A stretch of DNA of 64,000 nt from a virus: IMG/VR virus record IMGVR_UViG_3300027793_000055, positions 96,001 to 160,000 of that record, one strand, 5' to 3'. The position numbers and the translations under genes are program-made. Below the pieces are notes generated by a model. That model was not told the DNA's origin, made no database searches, and worked only from the letters and a program-made list of their open reading frames with translations. Shown here piece by piece: positions 10,859 through 21,134 of this stretch (its first letter is position 1; each line of letters begins with the position of its first letter).

Positions 10859-11138
10859 TTTCTCCAGCTACAACCATATAATCCTGTTTTAGATCAGAAT
10901 AGGCTTGTGTTATAAATTTTGTATGTTGAACTAGTGATTCAAGAGTGGGATCACCATAAAACATTTCAAGTTCATTAATTTTTGTTAAATGCTCTGTAAA
11001 ATCAGATATTTGTGAATCAAATATTTGAAATGTTTCTTGTATAAGAACAATACGTTTTACTAATCTAAAAGCATACCAACCAAATAATACATTAATACCA
11101 ATTGATATAGCCAGTAAAATTAGTAAAACAATTGTCAT
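10788..11138 (-). CDS. Membrane-anchored coiled-coil protein
   Basis: N-terminal hydrophobic helix. Confidence 0.6.
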   Translation of the reverse strand: MTIVLLILLAISIGINVLFGWYAFRLVKRIVLIQETFQIFDSQISDFTEHLTKINELEMFYGDPTLESLVQHTKFITQAYSDLKQDYMVVAGEIDATSEEEPEPKQFEFKPNKRNL

Positions 11139-11383
11139 TTATTATAGTCCTGCCTCTTGATATTTTTCATATCTTCCTTAAGACTTTCCTTATTTTCTTC
11201 AATAAATGTTCGAACTAATTGCCCACTATTATTTTTTTGAGCAACCGTTATTGAAGAACTTAATACCTTCTTAAGTGAATCTATTGTTCCACACTTTTCA
11301 CAATCTGTTAAGCGAGTGGACATATCATGAAAAGTATCGAACTGCTGTTCACAGCTTTTACATTTATATGTATAAACTGGCAT
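11135..11383 (-). CDS. FmdB-family zinc-ribbon protein
   Basis: MPVYTYKCKSC...CEKCG motif. Confidence 0.85.
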   Translation of the reverse strand: MPVYTYKCKSCEQQFDTFHDMSTRLTDCEKCGTIDSLKKVLSSSITVAQKNNSGQLVRTFIEENKESLKEDMKNIKRQDYNK

Positions 11384-11562
11384 CAGTCTACTTCGTGTTC
11401 AACTTGGTTAACAGAGAAAGCTGGTGGATTTTTAACAAAAAGATTACCATCAACACTTTCCCATTCTAATTCTTCTAATACTGGAACTATATCGCTTTGT
11501 TCTAGTAGACTCTTTTGTAGAGCCATCATTAATGAGCCCATAGCTTGTTTTGATAATTTCAT
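11383..11562 (-). CDS. Small protein below the ORF-track cutoff (59 aa, MKLSKQAMGSLMMALQKSLLEQSDIVPVL...)
   Basis: Manual translation; its TGA overlaps the ATG of the next gene and it fills the gap. Confidence 0.6.
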   Translation of the reverse strand: MKLSKQAMGSLMMALQKSLLEQSDIVPVLEELEWESVDGNLFVKNPPAFSVNQVEHEVD

Positions 11563-11583
11563 TTCTTTACTCCAATTAATGTT

Positions 11584-12696
11584 TCAAATATCTTTATTGA
11601 TATTTTTGACTGTCTCTATTATATGCTGAATCTGTGCTTTTTGTAAAGAAGGATAACTAGGAAGAACCACAGAATAATTATTTACTAAATTGCCATTCTG
11701 ATTTGTTCTGTTCGTAGTTATTTTATTTTTTAAGAATTCTTGCTTCTCATGAGTATAAAACATAGGTCTTATGTCTATTCCGTTTTTATTAAAATAACCA
11801 AGAGCTTTATTGTAAGTAATTCCATTTGTAAATCTTAGACCAAACATCCAGCAGGAGTGTTCTGTGTTGGTTTCTTGTACTTGAACTTGTACAAAATCTA
11901 AATCTTTAAAAGAATTTGTATATGTATTGTATAAATCTATTTTTAGATTTAATATTTCATCTAGACTTTCTAGTTGACCTAATAAAAACGCCGCTTGTAC
12001 ATTTGTCAAGCGATAGTTTTGAGCTATTTTATCATGCTTAAATCTTTGGTTTGTATTACCTTGATTAATAAAAGATTTTAGATATTCTAGAATTTGTTTA
12101 TCATTGATTATGACTGCTCCACCTTCACCACAGGTAATAGTTTTATTACCAAAGAACGAAACAGCAGAAGCAAAAGTTTGTGTACCGGAAAATTTACCAT
12201 TATATTTTCCAAACAGTCCTTCACAATTATCCTCAACAACTAATAGTTCTGGATATTTCTCTTTTATCAAATCAATATTTATTATATTTCCAAGATTATG
12301 TACACACAATAAAGCTGTTGTATGTAAGTCTGATTTGTCTAAAAGTTCAAATAATTCATTTAAATCATAGTTCCAGGAATCAATATTACAATCTACAGAT
12401 ACTAAAGAGAATTTTTCTTCATATAAAAAAGTATTCCAAGCTGCAACATAAGAATTGTTTGGTACTATTAGTGTTTTAATATTTGGATATTTAATCTGAA
12501 TGGCTTTAGAGACGCAATGCATACCGGTAGTACCATTACTTACTAAAAACAGATTTTCTGTTTTCAATACTTCCTTAAGTTTATCTGTTGCTCTCTGTAT
12601 GAACTCGCCTTGCGAAGATATCCATCCGGATTCTATAGCCTCATATGCATATTTTTTTGTTTTTTCATTAATAAATGGATCGTATACTTTTATCAT
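11584..12696 (-). CDS. DegT/DnrJ/EryC1/StrS PLP aminotransferase (perosamine synthetase-like)
   Basis: SGWISSQG, VEDNCEG, SFFGNKTITCGEGG (PLP lysine), NYRLTNVQAA. Confidence 0.92.
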   Translation of the reverse strand: MIKVYDPFINEKTKKYAYEAIESGWISSQGEFIQRATDKLKEVLKTENLFLVSNGTTGMHCVSKAIQIKYPNIKTLIVPNNSYVAAWNTFLYEEKFSLVSVDCNIDSWNYDLNELFELLDKSDLHTTALLCVHNLGNIINIDLIKEKYPELLVVEDNCEGLFGKYNGKFSGTQTFASAVSFFGNKTITCGEGGAVIINDKQILEYLKSFINQGNTNQRFKHDKIAQNYRLTNVQAAFLLGQLESLDEILNLKIDLYNTYTNSFKDLDFVQVQVQETNTEHSCWMFGLRFTNGITYNKALGYFNKNGIDIRPMFYTHEKQEFLKNKITTNRTNQNGNLVNNYSVVLPSYPSLQKAQIQHIIETVKNINKDI

Positions 12697-12751
12697 ATTT
12701 TGATATATCAGTTATAGTATTTTTAAAATATAATACTATGTTTTAATTTCC

Positions 12752-13060
12752 TTAGTATGTTTTGTGCTTTCTTTGTATATTTTTACCGTCATCTAATTCT
12801 TTACCTGCAGCAGCTTCGGTAATCATTAGAATTACTTTTTGATCAATCTCGTCAATCAACTGGTTTCTTTGAACATTAAGATCTGTTGCTCTTTTCAAAC
12901 AGTCCCAAAGACGTTTAGCGCCCTCTTCATTCGAAAAGTATTCTGTCTTATATTGTTCAAAATCCATTTTACGAATTTTATATATTTCTTCTTGATTATT
13001 CCACATTTTTGTATCTATAGTAAATAATTTATCAATTAAACTTCCTAGTGTATCCGCCAT
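12752..13060 (-). CDS. Small helical protein, DUF4254-like, typical of glycosyltransferase loci
   Basis: TLGSLIDKL...DLNVQRNQLIDEID pattern. Confidence 0.55.
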   Translation of the reverse strand: MADTLGSLIDKLFTIDTKMWNNQEEIYKIRKMDFEQYKTEYFSNEEGAKRLWDCLKRATDLNVQRNQLIDEIDQKVILMITEAAAGKELDDGKNIQRKHKTY

Positions 13061-13069
13061 ATTAAACTC

Positions 13070-13708
13070 CTATTTAATTTTTTTACAAGGCATTCCAACA
13101 TATGTGCCAGATTCTAAAAGATCTTTCACTACTACCGCTCCAGCACCAATTATTACATTACTAGCAATTTTTTTATTTTCGATTATAATACAATTTGTAC
13201 CGAGATAGGCTAAATTTTGTATATTTACATTTCCAGATATATTACAACCTGGCGAGCAGGTAACAAAATCTTCGATTCTAGAATCGTGACCAAGAGTACA
13301 ATTTAAATTAATATGTACAAAATTACCAATTACAATATTTGTAGTAACAGATACATGAGAACATAATATATTTCCAAAACCTAACTTAACAAATCGCTCA
13401 TCTAATACAACAGATTTATGTATAAGATTTGGAAAAGAAATATTATTTTTATTTTTTAACTTAGAATAAATTTTTTGTTTTATATTTGGACTTCCAACTG
13501 CTATAAAACACTCGATATCTTCATTAATATTAAAAAAATCTTTCTCTGAAATTACAGATCTGCCATTAATTTGGGTGCCTAAGTCTTCAGAAGAATCTTC
13601 TGCTACAAAAACAACATCTGCCAAGCTACCAAAGTTTTCATAAATTATGAACTCTACTTCTTTAGCAAAACCTTTTGTACCAAATATATATTTTTTTTTC
13701 ATATACAA
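13070..13708 (-). CDS. NeuD/PglD/PerB-like sugar acetyltransferase (left-handed beta-helix)
   Basis: IFGTKGFAKE N-terminus, hexapeptide repeats, IGAGAVVVKD...YVGMP. Confidence 0.9.
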   Translation of the reverse strand: MYMKKKYIFGTKGFAKEVEFIIYENFGSLADVVFVAEDSSEDLGTQINGRSVISEKDFFNINEDIECFIAVGSPNIKQKIYSKLKNKNNISFPNLIHKSVVLDERFVKLGFGNILCSHVSVTTNIVIGNFVHINLNCTLGHDSRIEDFVTCSPGCNISGNVNIQNLAYLGTNCIIIENKKIASNVIIGAGAVVVKDLLESGTYVGMPCKKIK

Positions 13709-14586
13709 TTTTTTAAACTTTCTTTGAATTGATCAATTGTTGTAACAATGGTTTTATTTTGCATATGCTTCCACTCAAAACTACTCCAATGTAAGCCATG
13801 TGTTACCTCAATTCTAGGCTTAGATATATCGCAAAAGTCAGAATGTGTTAAACAGCTTAATCCAGAACAACAGCCGATAAACATATCGACCAAATTGTAC
13901 AACTCTGCATTAGACATAAAAGAACCATTATAAAAATGGATATCTATTCCATATTTTTTTGCTAATGAATCAAAATATTCTGGCTTATTTTTTCCACTAA
14001 AAATAATACTATATCCTCTATCTTCAGCAAAATCACACAAAATTTTTATATAATTTAAATTAAATGGAGATTGATTAGAGAAATTTTCATATTCTAATAA
14101 AATAAACTTATTTTTATCATTATTAATACTTTTAACAAAGTGTTGTGCTTCTAGTTTTTCTTCTTGAGTTAAAAATATATTTGGAATAAAGTCACAAGCA
14201 AAATTTGTAATTCCGGATGTTTTATATTTTATGATATTCAATAAATTATCTTCTTGTCTTGAAAGTTCGATTCTGTTCTTGAGAGAATAATAATATGGAG
14301 CTACAAACTTGACTATATCATATTTTGAAAATAACTCTTTCTCATTCTGTTCGATAAAAAAGGTCATATTTACATAACTATGCAAATCATCGCCTGTGTG
14401 TATATTTTCATATATTAATATATTATCAATATTTTTATTATTTTTTAATATATGTACATATTTTTTACTGGTCAGCCAAGTTATTTGACAATCTGGTTCT
14501 ACTATTTTGTGATGTTTTACAATTGGTGTACAATTTAAAATATCACCACCTGCTCCACAATTAATAATTAAAATTTTGTTTCCCAT
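13699..14586 (-). CDS. GT9 (heptosyltransferase-like) glycosyltransferase
   Basis: GAGGDILNCTP...ITWLT...FIGCCSGLSCL pattern. Confidence 0.75.
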   Translation of the reverse strand: MGNKILIINCGAGGDILNCTPIVKHHKIVEPDCQITWLTSKKYVHILKNNKNIDNILIYENIHTGDDLHSYVNMTFFIEQNEKELFSKYDIVKFVAPYYYSLKNRIELSRQEDNLLNIIKYKTSGITNFACDFIPNIFLTQEEKLEAQHFVKSINNDKNKFILLEYENFSNQSPFNLNYIKILCDFAEDRGYSIIFSGKNKPEYFDSLAKKYGIDIHFYNGSFMSNAELYNLVDMFIGCCSGLSCLTHSDFCDISKPRIEVTHGLHWSSFEWKHMQNKTIVTTIDQFKESLKNCI

Positions 14587-14587
14587 A

Positions 14588-15565
14588 TTATTTTAATGAA
14601 GTTTTATCGTGCTCAAACATCATTTTTGCTAGCTGTTTAAAACCTACTTTACGTTTCCAGCCTAATTCCTGTTCTGCTCTTTTTGGATCTGCCAAAAGGA
14701 AAGCAACATCGTGTGGCCTAAAAAGTGTTTCAGTTGAAACCATTTGTTTTTCTGGATCAAGGCCGGCAAGAGTAAAGATTTCTTCTACGAATTCTTTAAC
14801 GGTGTGTGTTTCACCGGTACCAATAACATAATCTCTTGGCTCACTATTTTGAAGCATTAACCACATAGCTTCTACATAATCGCCGGCAAAACCCCAATCA
14901 CGTTTTGTATCAATACGACCTAATTCTAGTTTATCTTGTTTACCAGCTAAAATATTAGCCGCAGCTTTTGTAATTTTACGAGTTACGAAATGCTCTCCAC
15001 GTCTTGGTGATTCGTGATTAAAGAGAATACCAGAACAAGCAAACATATCATATGATTTACGATATGTAGCAGTTAGGTTGTGTGCAAAAACTTTAGCACA
15101 AGCATATGGTGAAATTGGAGAAAATACAGTATCTTCATTTTGTGGTCCAGGCATATCACCAAACATTTCTGATGTTGACGCTTGATAAAAGCGGATACTT
15201 TTATCGATACATCGAATTGTTTCCAAGATATTCATTGGACCTACAGCATCAATATGTACTGTACTCATCGGTGAACGGTAAGACTCTCCAACGTGTGATT
15301 GTGCGGCAAGATTATAGATTTCATTTGGTTTATGTTTATCGATTAATCTCCACATCGCAGAGGCATCAGTAATGTCTCCAGTTTCAATCAAAAAATCTGG
15401 ATTTGCTAAATTGTGTTGTATACCGGCTAATTTTGCTGTGTCATTCGATGCAGTATATCTTAGCAAGCCTACTACTTTATAATTTTTTGAAAGAAGTAGA
15501 TCGGCAAGATACGAACCATCTTGTCCATTTACTCCAGTTATTAATGCTACTTTTTGTTTTGTCAT
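14588..15565 (-). CDS. gmd: GDP-mannose 4,6-dehydratase
   Basis: ALITGVNGQDGSYLA, YNLAAQSHV, FYQASTSEMFG, SPYACAK, GILFNHESPRRG, RDWGFAGDYV; start placed at MTKQK. Confidence 0.96.
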   Translation of the reverse strand: MTKQKVALITGVNGQDGSYLADLLLSKNYKVVGLLRYTASNDTAKLAGIQHNLANPDFLIETGDITDASAMWRLIDKHKPNEIYNLAAQSHVGESYRSPMSTVHIDAVGPMNILETIRCIDKSIRFYQASTSEMFGDMPGPQNEDTVFSPISPYACAKVFAHNLTATYRKSYDMFACSGILFNHESPRRGEHFVTRKITKAAANILAGKQDKLELGRIDTKRDWGFAGDYVEAMWLMLQNSEPRDYVIGTGETHTVKEFVEEIFTLAGLDPEKQMVSTETLFRPHDVAFLLADPKRAEQELGWKRKVGFKQLAKMMFEHDKTSLK

Positions 15566-15573
15566 TTTATTCC

Positions 15574-16746
15574 TCAATTCAATAAAACATTGACCAAATC
15601 TTGGGTTATTTTTTGTGGATTGCAATACTCTTGCAAAAATTTACGTGATTCTATACCGGTTCGTTTTAATTGTTCAGGGTTCTCTTTCCACAAATTATAT
15701 GCTTTCCTAAGCTGGTTTCGTAAATCATCTAAATCTGTTTCAACCAATTTCATTTCTACTGATGAGTAATCCTTAGTAAAAGCACCGGTACAGGTCATAA
15801 ACCTGGAATTTATAAAGAAATTATCCGGATGAATAAAATCTATATGGCCACCTTTATCTGGTGTCATCACAGGTAATTCTCGGCCTATAGCTTCAGCAAT
15901 TGTTAATCCAAAACCCTCGCCTCTTGTCGGCAAACAAAATAAATTAGAATTATCTATTATTATGTCAATTTCCTGTTTTGATAAAAGACCGGTTACTACA
16001 TTAATTTTGCATTTCATTGGATCTAGATAATGACTTATTGAATTTTTATAATTTTTAACTTCTGATAATATGTGATTTCTGTCTTCTTCGAACTTACCAG
16101 TCGCTGGTCCAAAGCCATATGTCTTTATTGTTAATAGAGCATCTTCTTGATGATAAAACTCACTACAATAAGCTTTTATCAGTAAATCAAAACCTTTTCT
16201 TGGTGTCCACTGAGACATAGATAGAATATTAAATACTTTTTTCTGTTCTTTTCTGATTGGTTCAGAAAAATCAATCAAATATGGAATCTTATACGTAGGG
16301 AGTCCCGTTTGTGACTCAAAAACTTGCTTATTCCAATCGCAAGGTACAATAATTTGGTGAAAATATTTTTTATAATTTTCTAACCAAAATGCCGGTACCC
16401 TATCTGTTTCCCAAACAACCATATTGGTATTTTTTTTAGAATTTTGGAAAATGGGATCAAATTTTAAATGATCAATTATTAAATTTGGTGTTAAAAACCA
16501 AGCAACATCATAATCTTTTTTACAAAACTCTACCATTTCATCACTATTTTTTAATTCATATTTTTCAATTAATTGTATTTCTGATTTGGACAGTTTGGCT
16601 TGTTCAAAATTCCAAGTATAAAGACCTAATTCAAAAGCACCCGGATTCATTTGTAAAAACGAATCTAAACATTTTAAATAACTTCTAGCTGCAACAGAAT
16701 ATCCAGACGGTCCTCTGAATGTGGAGACAAACAATAATCTTTTCAC
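15574..16746 (-). CDS. GT4-like glycosyltransferase
   Basis: SGYSVAAR, VWETDRVP, PTRGEGFGLTIAEA. Confidence 0.88.
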   Translation of the reverse strand: MKRLLFVSTFRGPSGYSVAARSYLKCLDSFLQMNPGAFELGLYTWNFEQAKLSKSEIQLIEKYELKNSDEMVEFCKKDYDVAWFLTPNLIIDHLKFDPIFQNSKKNTNMVVWETDRVPAFWLENYKKYFHQIIVPCDWNKQVFESQTGLPTYKIPYLIDFSEPIRKEQKKVFNILSMSQWTPRKGFDLLIKAYCSEFYHQEDALLTIKTYGFGPATGKFEEDRNHILSEVKNYKNSISHYLDPMKCKINVVTGLLSKQEIDIIIDNSNLFCLPTRGEGFGLTIAEAIGRELPVMTPDKGGHIDFIHPDNFFINSRFMTCTGAFTKDYSSVEMKLVETDLDDLRNQLRKAYNLWKENPEQLKRTGIESRKFLQEYCNPQKITQDLVNVLLN

Positions 16747-18008
16747 AGTAAATCACCAATAATCATTTCTTTATTTTCGGTATTATTTTCTAATGAGCCG
16801 CCCCAAACACTTTCAGCAAATTGCCTGAAAACGACTTCTTCGGTGAAAGTCTTCAATACATGTTCTTGTAACTTTTTCGCCTGTGAAAGATTTGGTGCAT
16901 AGTTCTTAACCAATTCTCTCATAGCTTCCCTAACAGAACTATGTTTAACATATGCCCACTTAGAATCAGCCTGAATTACTCCATCCCAAACTGCTTCTTT
17001 CTGTACTTCCTTTAGCTCAAAATCGATTTTAACACAGTGTGAGCGCATTTTAATCTTGCCGGTATCCTTTTCTTTCTTCGGGGCTTTCAGAAAGTCAGTC
17101 TGTCCACTCCAAAATGGTGCGGCGACGGGCAATCCTGCTGATGCAGCCTCAAACATAGGAATACCAAAACCTTCACCGTGCGTTGTACTTACAAAAGCCT
17201 TAATTTTTGGATGCTGATAAAGACCAGCCATTTCTTCATCAGTCATATTACCGTGAAGAAGATGGATTTTACATTTTCTATCTTGAGGTAAGGTAGATAG
17301 TAGATTTTTCATTCTAACTTCTGTTAGAGTTTTATCCATAATATTATTTTTAACTGAATTTGCCTTAACTACTAGTCCAACTTCTTCATCTTTAAATTCT
17401 TCAACAAAAGCACGAATTGTTGCTTCTATATTCTTTCTTGGTCCCCATTGAGCCACTGTCAAGAAATTAAAATCATTAGGTAGTTCTAATTCTGGTACAA
17501 CTGGTACCAAATTTTTAACTGGAAACCCAACTACATCTATTGGCTTAGTATTACGGAATTCAAACTGTTCTTTTGTAGACTGATTTACAGCCTGATAAGC
17601 TGTATTATTAAACACATCTCTAGAATGTTCTGATATAACAATAAACTTATCCATTAGTATGGATTTTTCAATCCATTTTGGAGAAACTTTTGTTGTTTCA
17701 ATACCAGCAGTATAGCCAATATTAACTGGCGCTATTTTTTCAAATTCATTTGGTATAGAAATCTGTATTGATACATCAAACTGTTCCTTATTCTGGATTC
17801 TTTTTTGTGATTCTAGAATAATTGGCATCAGCAATTTTACTTCTTCTGATGTTTCTAGAAGATTTCCTGTTCTTCCCCAATTTGTTGGCAAGATAGTAAT
17901 ATCAAAATGATCTGGGAACCTTGCTAATGAATGAATAGCCAAACGAGCCATTTCTCCATAACCACTTCTACTTAATACTGGTCCTCTAACAATTACTTTC
18001 TTTTTCAT
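16743..18008 (-). CDS. GT4-like glycosyltransferase
   Basis: SRSGYGEMAR, QWGPRKN, THGEGFGIPMFEAA. Confidence 0.9.
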   Translation of the reverse strand: MKKKVIVRGPVLSRSGYGEMARLAIHSLARFPDHFDITILPTNWGRTGNLLETSEEVKLLMPIILESQKRIQNKEQFDVSIQISIPNEFEKIAPVNIGYTAGIETTKVSPKWIEKSILMDKFIVISEHSRDVFNNTAYQAVNQSTKEQFEFRNTKPIDVVGFPVKNLVPVVPELELPNDFNFLTVAQWGPRKNIEATIRAFVEEFKDEEVGLVVKANSVKNNIMDKTLTEVRMKNLLSTLPQDRKCKIHLLHGNMTDEEMAGLYQHPKIKAFVSTTHGEGFGIPMFEAASAGLPVAAPFWSGQTDFLKAPKKEKDTGKIKMRSHCVKIDFELKEVQKEAVWDGVIQADSKWAYVKHSSVREAMRELVKNYAPNLSQAKKLQEHVLKTFTEEVVFRQFAESVWGGSLENNTENKEMIIGDLL

Positions 18009-18019
18009 CTGTTCTCCGA

Positions 18020-19261
18020 TCAAAATGTTTTAAGTGTCCAACGATTATATTTTCTATTTTCCCACACACCGGGCTTGATTGCATCTTGAATTAATACATC
18101 CCATTGTGGTAATAAAATATCTGGATTATAATTGTCCAAAAGATGTTGTCGGCCTTTTCTGCCCAACTCTTCTCTTTGTTCTTTAGACATATTGTATAAT
18201 TTTACCAAAGCATCAACAAAGTCTTCTTTTGAAATTCGATCTTCGTAGATGTAAGGAACTTGTTGTGAGCCTATCACAGCTTTTGATGCCGGTTTAATAC
18301 CAACTCCAAAATATTCCTGCCCATTAAATACTTGCTCTTGTAAGCCTCCGGTCATATTAGCAATTACAGGTGTTTCACAAGCAAGCGATTCCATACAACT
18401 CAAACCAAAACCTTCTGCATCAGATATACAAACTGTTACGTCAGCGGCATTATACATAGCTACCATTTCTTGTGGTGGTGATCTGTTTTTAGAAAATTTT
18501 ACTTCTCCATTGGTTAGACCAAGTTCAACTATTATTGCCTCAAGATCTTGACCGTGACCATCTTTAGGATCGGTATGCATCAATAAACAAGCTTTATCTT
18601 TACCGACAATATCTAAAAAGTCTTTAAACCACCAAACTACTGAACCAGACATTTTTCTTCTTGCATTTCGCGAATTCCAAAATACAAGGAATTTATTATT
18701 AAAATGCTGTTTACGAATATTATCTATGTTTTGCTGTGGCAATTTACTAAACAAATTCATATCTACGCTATGTGGTAGATAGACTGATTTAACACTTGGT
18801 GCTACTGTCTTGACAATATCATCTGTTAATTTAGATATTGTAACTATTATATCAGTTGAATCATAGAAAGGCTTGTTAAATTTTGGATATGGATAATTAT
18901 CCCAAACGTGATAATAGATTAAAGGAACCTTGTCACGAATCTCGTCTTCCATATCCCAGAGCCATTCATAGAATCGCGGATCTGTCATAAACCAGATAGC
19001 ATCGGGTCTATGATCTCTGAGAATAGCACGAATAACATCTGGATTTCCGTATCCATCAACAGGAATTACTAAGAGATCATCACCATAAACATCAAATTTT
19101 TGTGGTCTATAGTCGTGATGTTTTACAGCACCTCCCAAGCAAATAAACTCATACTTACCTGTTTTATGAAGGTAGTCAATCATATATTTCGTTTGTGTGC
19201 CGACGCCAGAACTAGACAAAGGATGATCACTTATGATCAATAATTTTGTTTTTTTATTCAT
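18020..19261 (-). CDS. GT4-like glycosyltransferase
   Basis: SDHPLSSSGVG, RNARRK, AEGFGLSCMESLAC. Confidence 0.9.
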   Translation of the reverse strand: MNKKTKLLIISDHPLSSSGVGTQTKYMIDYLHKTGKYEFICLGGAVKHHDYRPQKFDVYGDDLLVIPVDGYGNPDVIRAILRDHRPDAIWFMTDPRFYEWLWDMEDEIRDKVPLIYYHVWDNYPYPKFNKPFYDSTDIIVTISKLTDDIVKTVAPSVKSVYLPHSVDMNLFSKLPQQNIDNIRKQHFNNKFLVFWNSRNARRKMSGSVVWWFKDFLDIVGKDKACLLMHTDPKDGHGQDLEAIIVELGLTNGEVKFSKNRSPPQEMVAMYNAADVTVCISDAEGFGLSCMESLACETPVIANMTGGLQEQVFNGQEYFGVGIKPASKAVIGSQQVPYIYEDRISKEDFVDALVKLYNMSKEQREELGRKGRQHLLDNYNPDILLPQWDVLIQDAIKPGVWENRKYNRWTLKTF

Positions 19262-19276
19262 TTATTTTCCTTTTGT

Positions 19277-20092
19277 TTATGGACAGTAAATTGTTTTGTG
19301 AAATTCACATTTTGTACAAGATAGTTTATTTTTAATAAACTTCTGTTTTTCAACGTTTTTAACACAGGTATCCAGTATTTTAAGAGCATTATCTACTTTT
19401 TTTGGTCCACTTGTTACGCGAAAGATTTCTACTTTATCTTTTTTGGCTGTTCTCTTTAGTAGACCAAAATACGTCTCAACATTCTTTGGATCAAGCTTGT
19501 GTTTCTGACAGAAAAAGTGCTTATAGTATGTTAGCTGGTAAGTTGTTTCTTTTTCTGTTTTCTTTTCAATGTCCCAACCCCAGCTACAAGTCTTCCAGTC
19601 AATAATGTGATACTTTCCATCCGGAGTTTTTAGGACTGAATCTATAAAACCATAGAAATCAAAATTAGGATTTCCTTCGATATTCTGCCTTATTTCTTCT
19701 TCAGCTGAGACTACTTCGTATTCACCAAAAACATTTTTAACTTCTGGTAAAATAAGTTCAACCAACTCGTCTCCCTGCTTTTTCATTTCTTCTATCAAAT
19801 CAGCAGAAACAGTTATACCATTTTCTTTTAATTTAGTAATTTCTTCTAGAAATCGATTTTGGAAGTATTTTTTCTTATCAATTTCTTCGCTATCATCTTT
19901 TAGAAGGCCAAGTTGGGATCTCTTTTTTTCCAAAAGAAGTGACTGTTCTACAGTATCATGTACTGCTGTACCAAATACACTAAATTCATTTCCTTGAAAT
20001 AAGCGAACCTTATCAACACGTGTAATTTTGTATTTAAATGGACAAAATACCCAATCCTTCCAAGCAGAATAGGAAATATAATCTAAACTCAT
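19277..20092 (-). CDS. PD-(D/E)XK nuclease, Cas4/RecB-like with Fe-S cysteines
   Basis: FCP near the N-terminus, GFIDSV...IIDWKT, QLTYY, C-terminal CTKCEF...C. Confidence 0.88.
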   Translation of the reverse strand: MSLDYISYSAWKDWVFCPFKYKITRVDKVRLFQGNEFSVFGTAVHDTVEQSLLLEKKRSQLGLLKDDSEEIDKKKYFQNRFLEEITKLKENGITVSADLIEEMKKQGDELVELILPEVKNVFGEYEVVSAEEEIRQNIEGNPNFDFYGFIDSVLKTPDGKYHIIDWKTCSWGWDIEKKTEKETTYQLTYYKHFFCQKHKLDPKNVETYFGLLKRTAKKDKVEIFRVTSGPKKVDNALKILDTCVKNVEKQKFIKNKLSCTKCEFHKTIYCP

Positions 20093-20165
20093 TTTAAACC
20101 TCTGTTAAGTGAGGTGATCCTTGCGGAAAACCAGTAGGACCAGTCTAGCACAGGCCCCGGCAAAA

Positions 20166-20828
20166 TTAAACAACCTTTTGCACGAACATAGCAAGCTTTG
20201 AGGCTAGTTGTGGACAAACTCTATTGATCTCTTCGTCACCTTCCAGAAAATATTTTTCAAATCCATTGGCGAAATATTCTCTGAGTGATGTTGCTGCATA
20301 AGGTGATAAGAATACCCCACGTACCAAACTACCAAGTTTGTCATAGCCGATAGTTTGAAAAAGATATTTGTCGAATGATTCTTCATATTCCGGGTTTAAG
20401 TAACTTTCCTTTTTAAATTGATCATATCCATATGCTGTTAAAATTTCGTACATTTTAATGCGCTTAGAAATAAATTCCTGTTTGATAGAATGATCATCAT
20501 ATACATCATTATAGTATTGCTCTTCACAACCGTGAGCCAATTCATGAATGAGATTTTTTAAAAATTGCTCTGGGCTGTTCTGCTTGTTAGTTATATATAT
20601 CATTCTATCGTTATACACGGCTTCTATTTGTCTTTTTTTAAGAAAAGGAAAATCGCCAATACAAATAGAATCTGCCACACTCAGTATTGAATATGGCAGA
20701 TTCTTTATTGTTTGTATAACATTGTTAATTTCAAAATTACCAGTAAAACTATTTTTAACAAGTATTACAGTTTCTCCTATTCGATACTCACCAATCGGAT
20801 TATTATTTTTAATAATAGGAAACACCAT
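20166..20828 (-). CDS. Zincin-like metalloprotein
   Basis: HELAH with downstream EYFA (HExxH...E). Confidence 0.65.
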   Translation of the reverse strand: MVFPIIKNNNPIGEYRIGETVILVKNSFTGNFEINNVIQTIKNLPYSILSVADSICIGDFPFLKKRQIEAVYNDRMIYITNKQNSPEQFLKNLIHELAHGCEEQYYNDVYDDHSIKQEFISKRIKMYEILTAYGYDQFKKESYLNPEYEESFDKYLFQTIGYDKLGSLVRGVFLSPYAATSLREYFANGFEKYFLEGDEEINRVCPQLASKLAMFVQKVV

Positions 20829-20840
20829 AAATATAATTAA

Positions 20841-21134
20841 TCAAGTTGGTGAATTTTGTTCTATACTGCTTTCCTGTTGTTTAGCACTAAAATTCTCTAT
20901 ATCTACCAAAGCCTGTTGATATCCTCTTAGGAAATTTTCTTCAGCTACTAGCATTAGAAATTCTGGAAATTCTTCTGCTAGGACACTTACTACCATCTCT
21001 ACTGTTACTTCGCCATTTTCTGGTTCTAACTTAGAGCCAACATAATTAACAAACATTTCTTTCAATGGTCCTTCTGGAAGGACCACTTTTTTGGCTGTTT
21101 CATTTTCTAGTATATCTGTCATTTTAAACCTCAA
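20841..21134 (-). CDS. Hypothetical protein
   Basis: 97 aa, in operon. Confidence 0.65.
   Translation of the reverse strand: MRFKMTDILENETAKKVVLPEGPLKEMFVNYVGSKLEPENGEVTVEMVVSVLAEEFPEFLMLVAEENFLRGYQQALVDIENFSAKQQESSIEQNSPT

Noticed and set aside
20130-20165. GC-rich promoter-like element upstream of the nuclease gene (TGC-TAGACT)
   Set aside because: An extended -10 is present but the -35 match is poor; too weak to list as a feature
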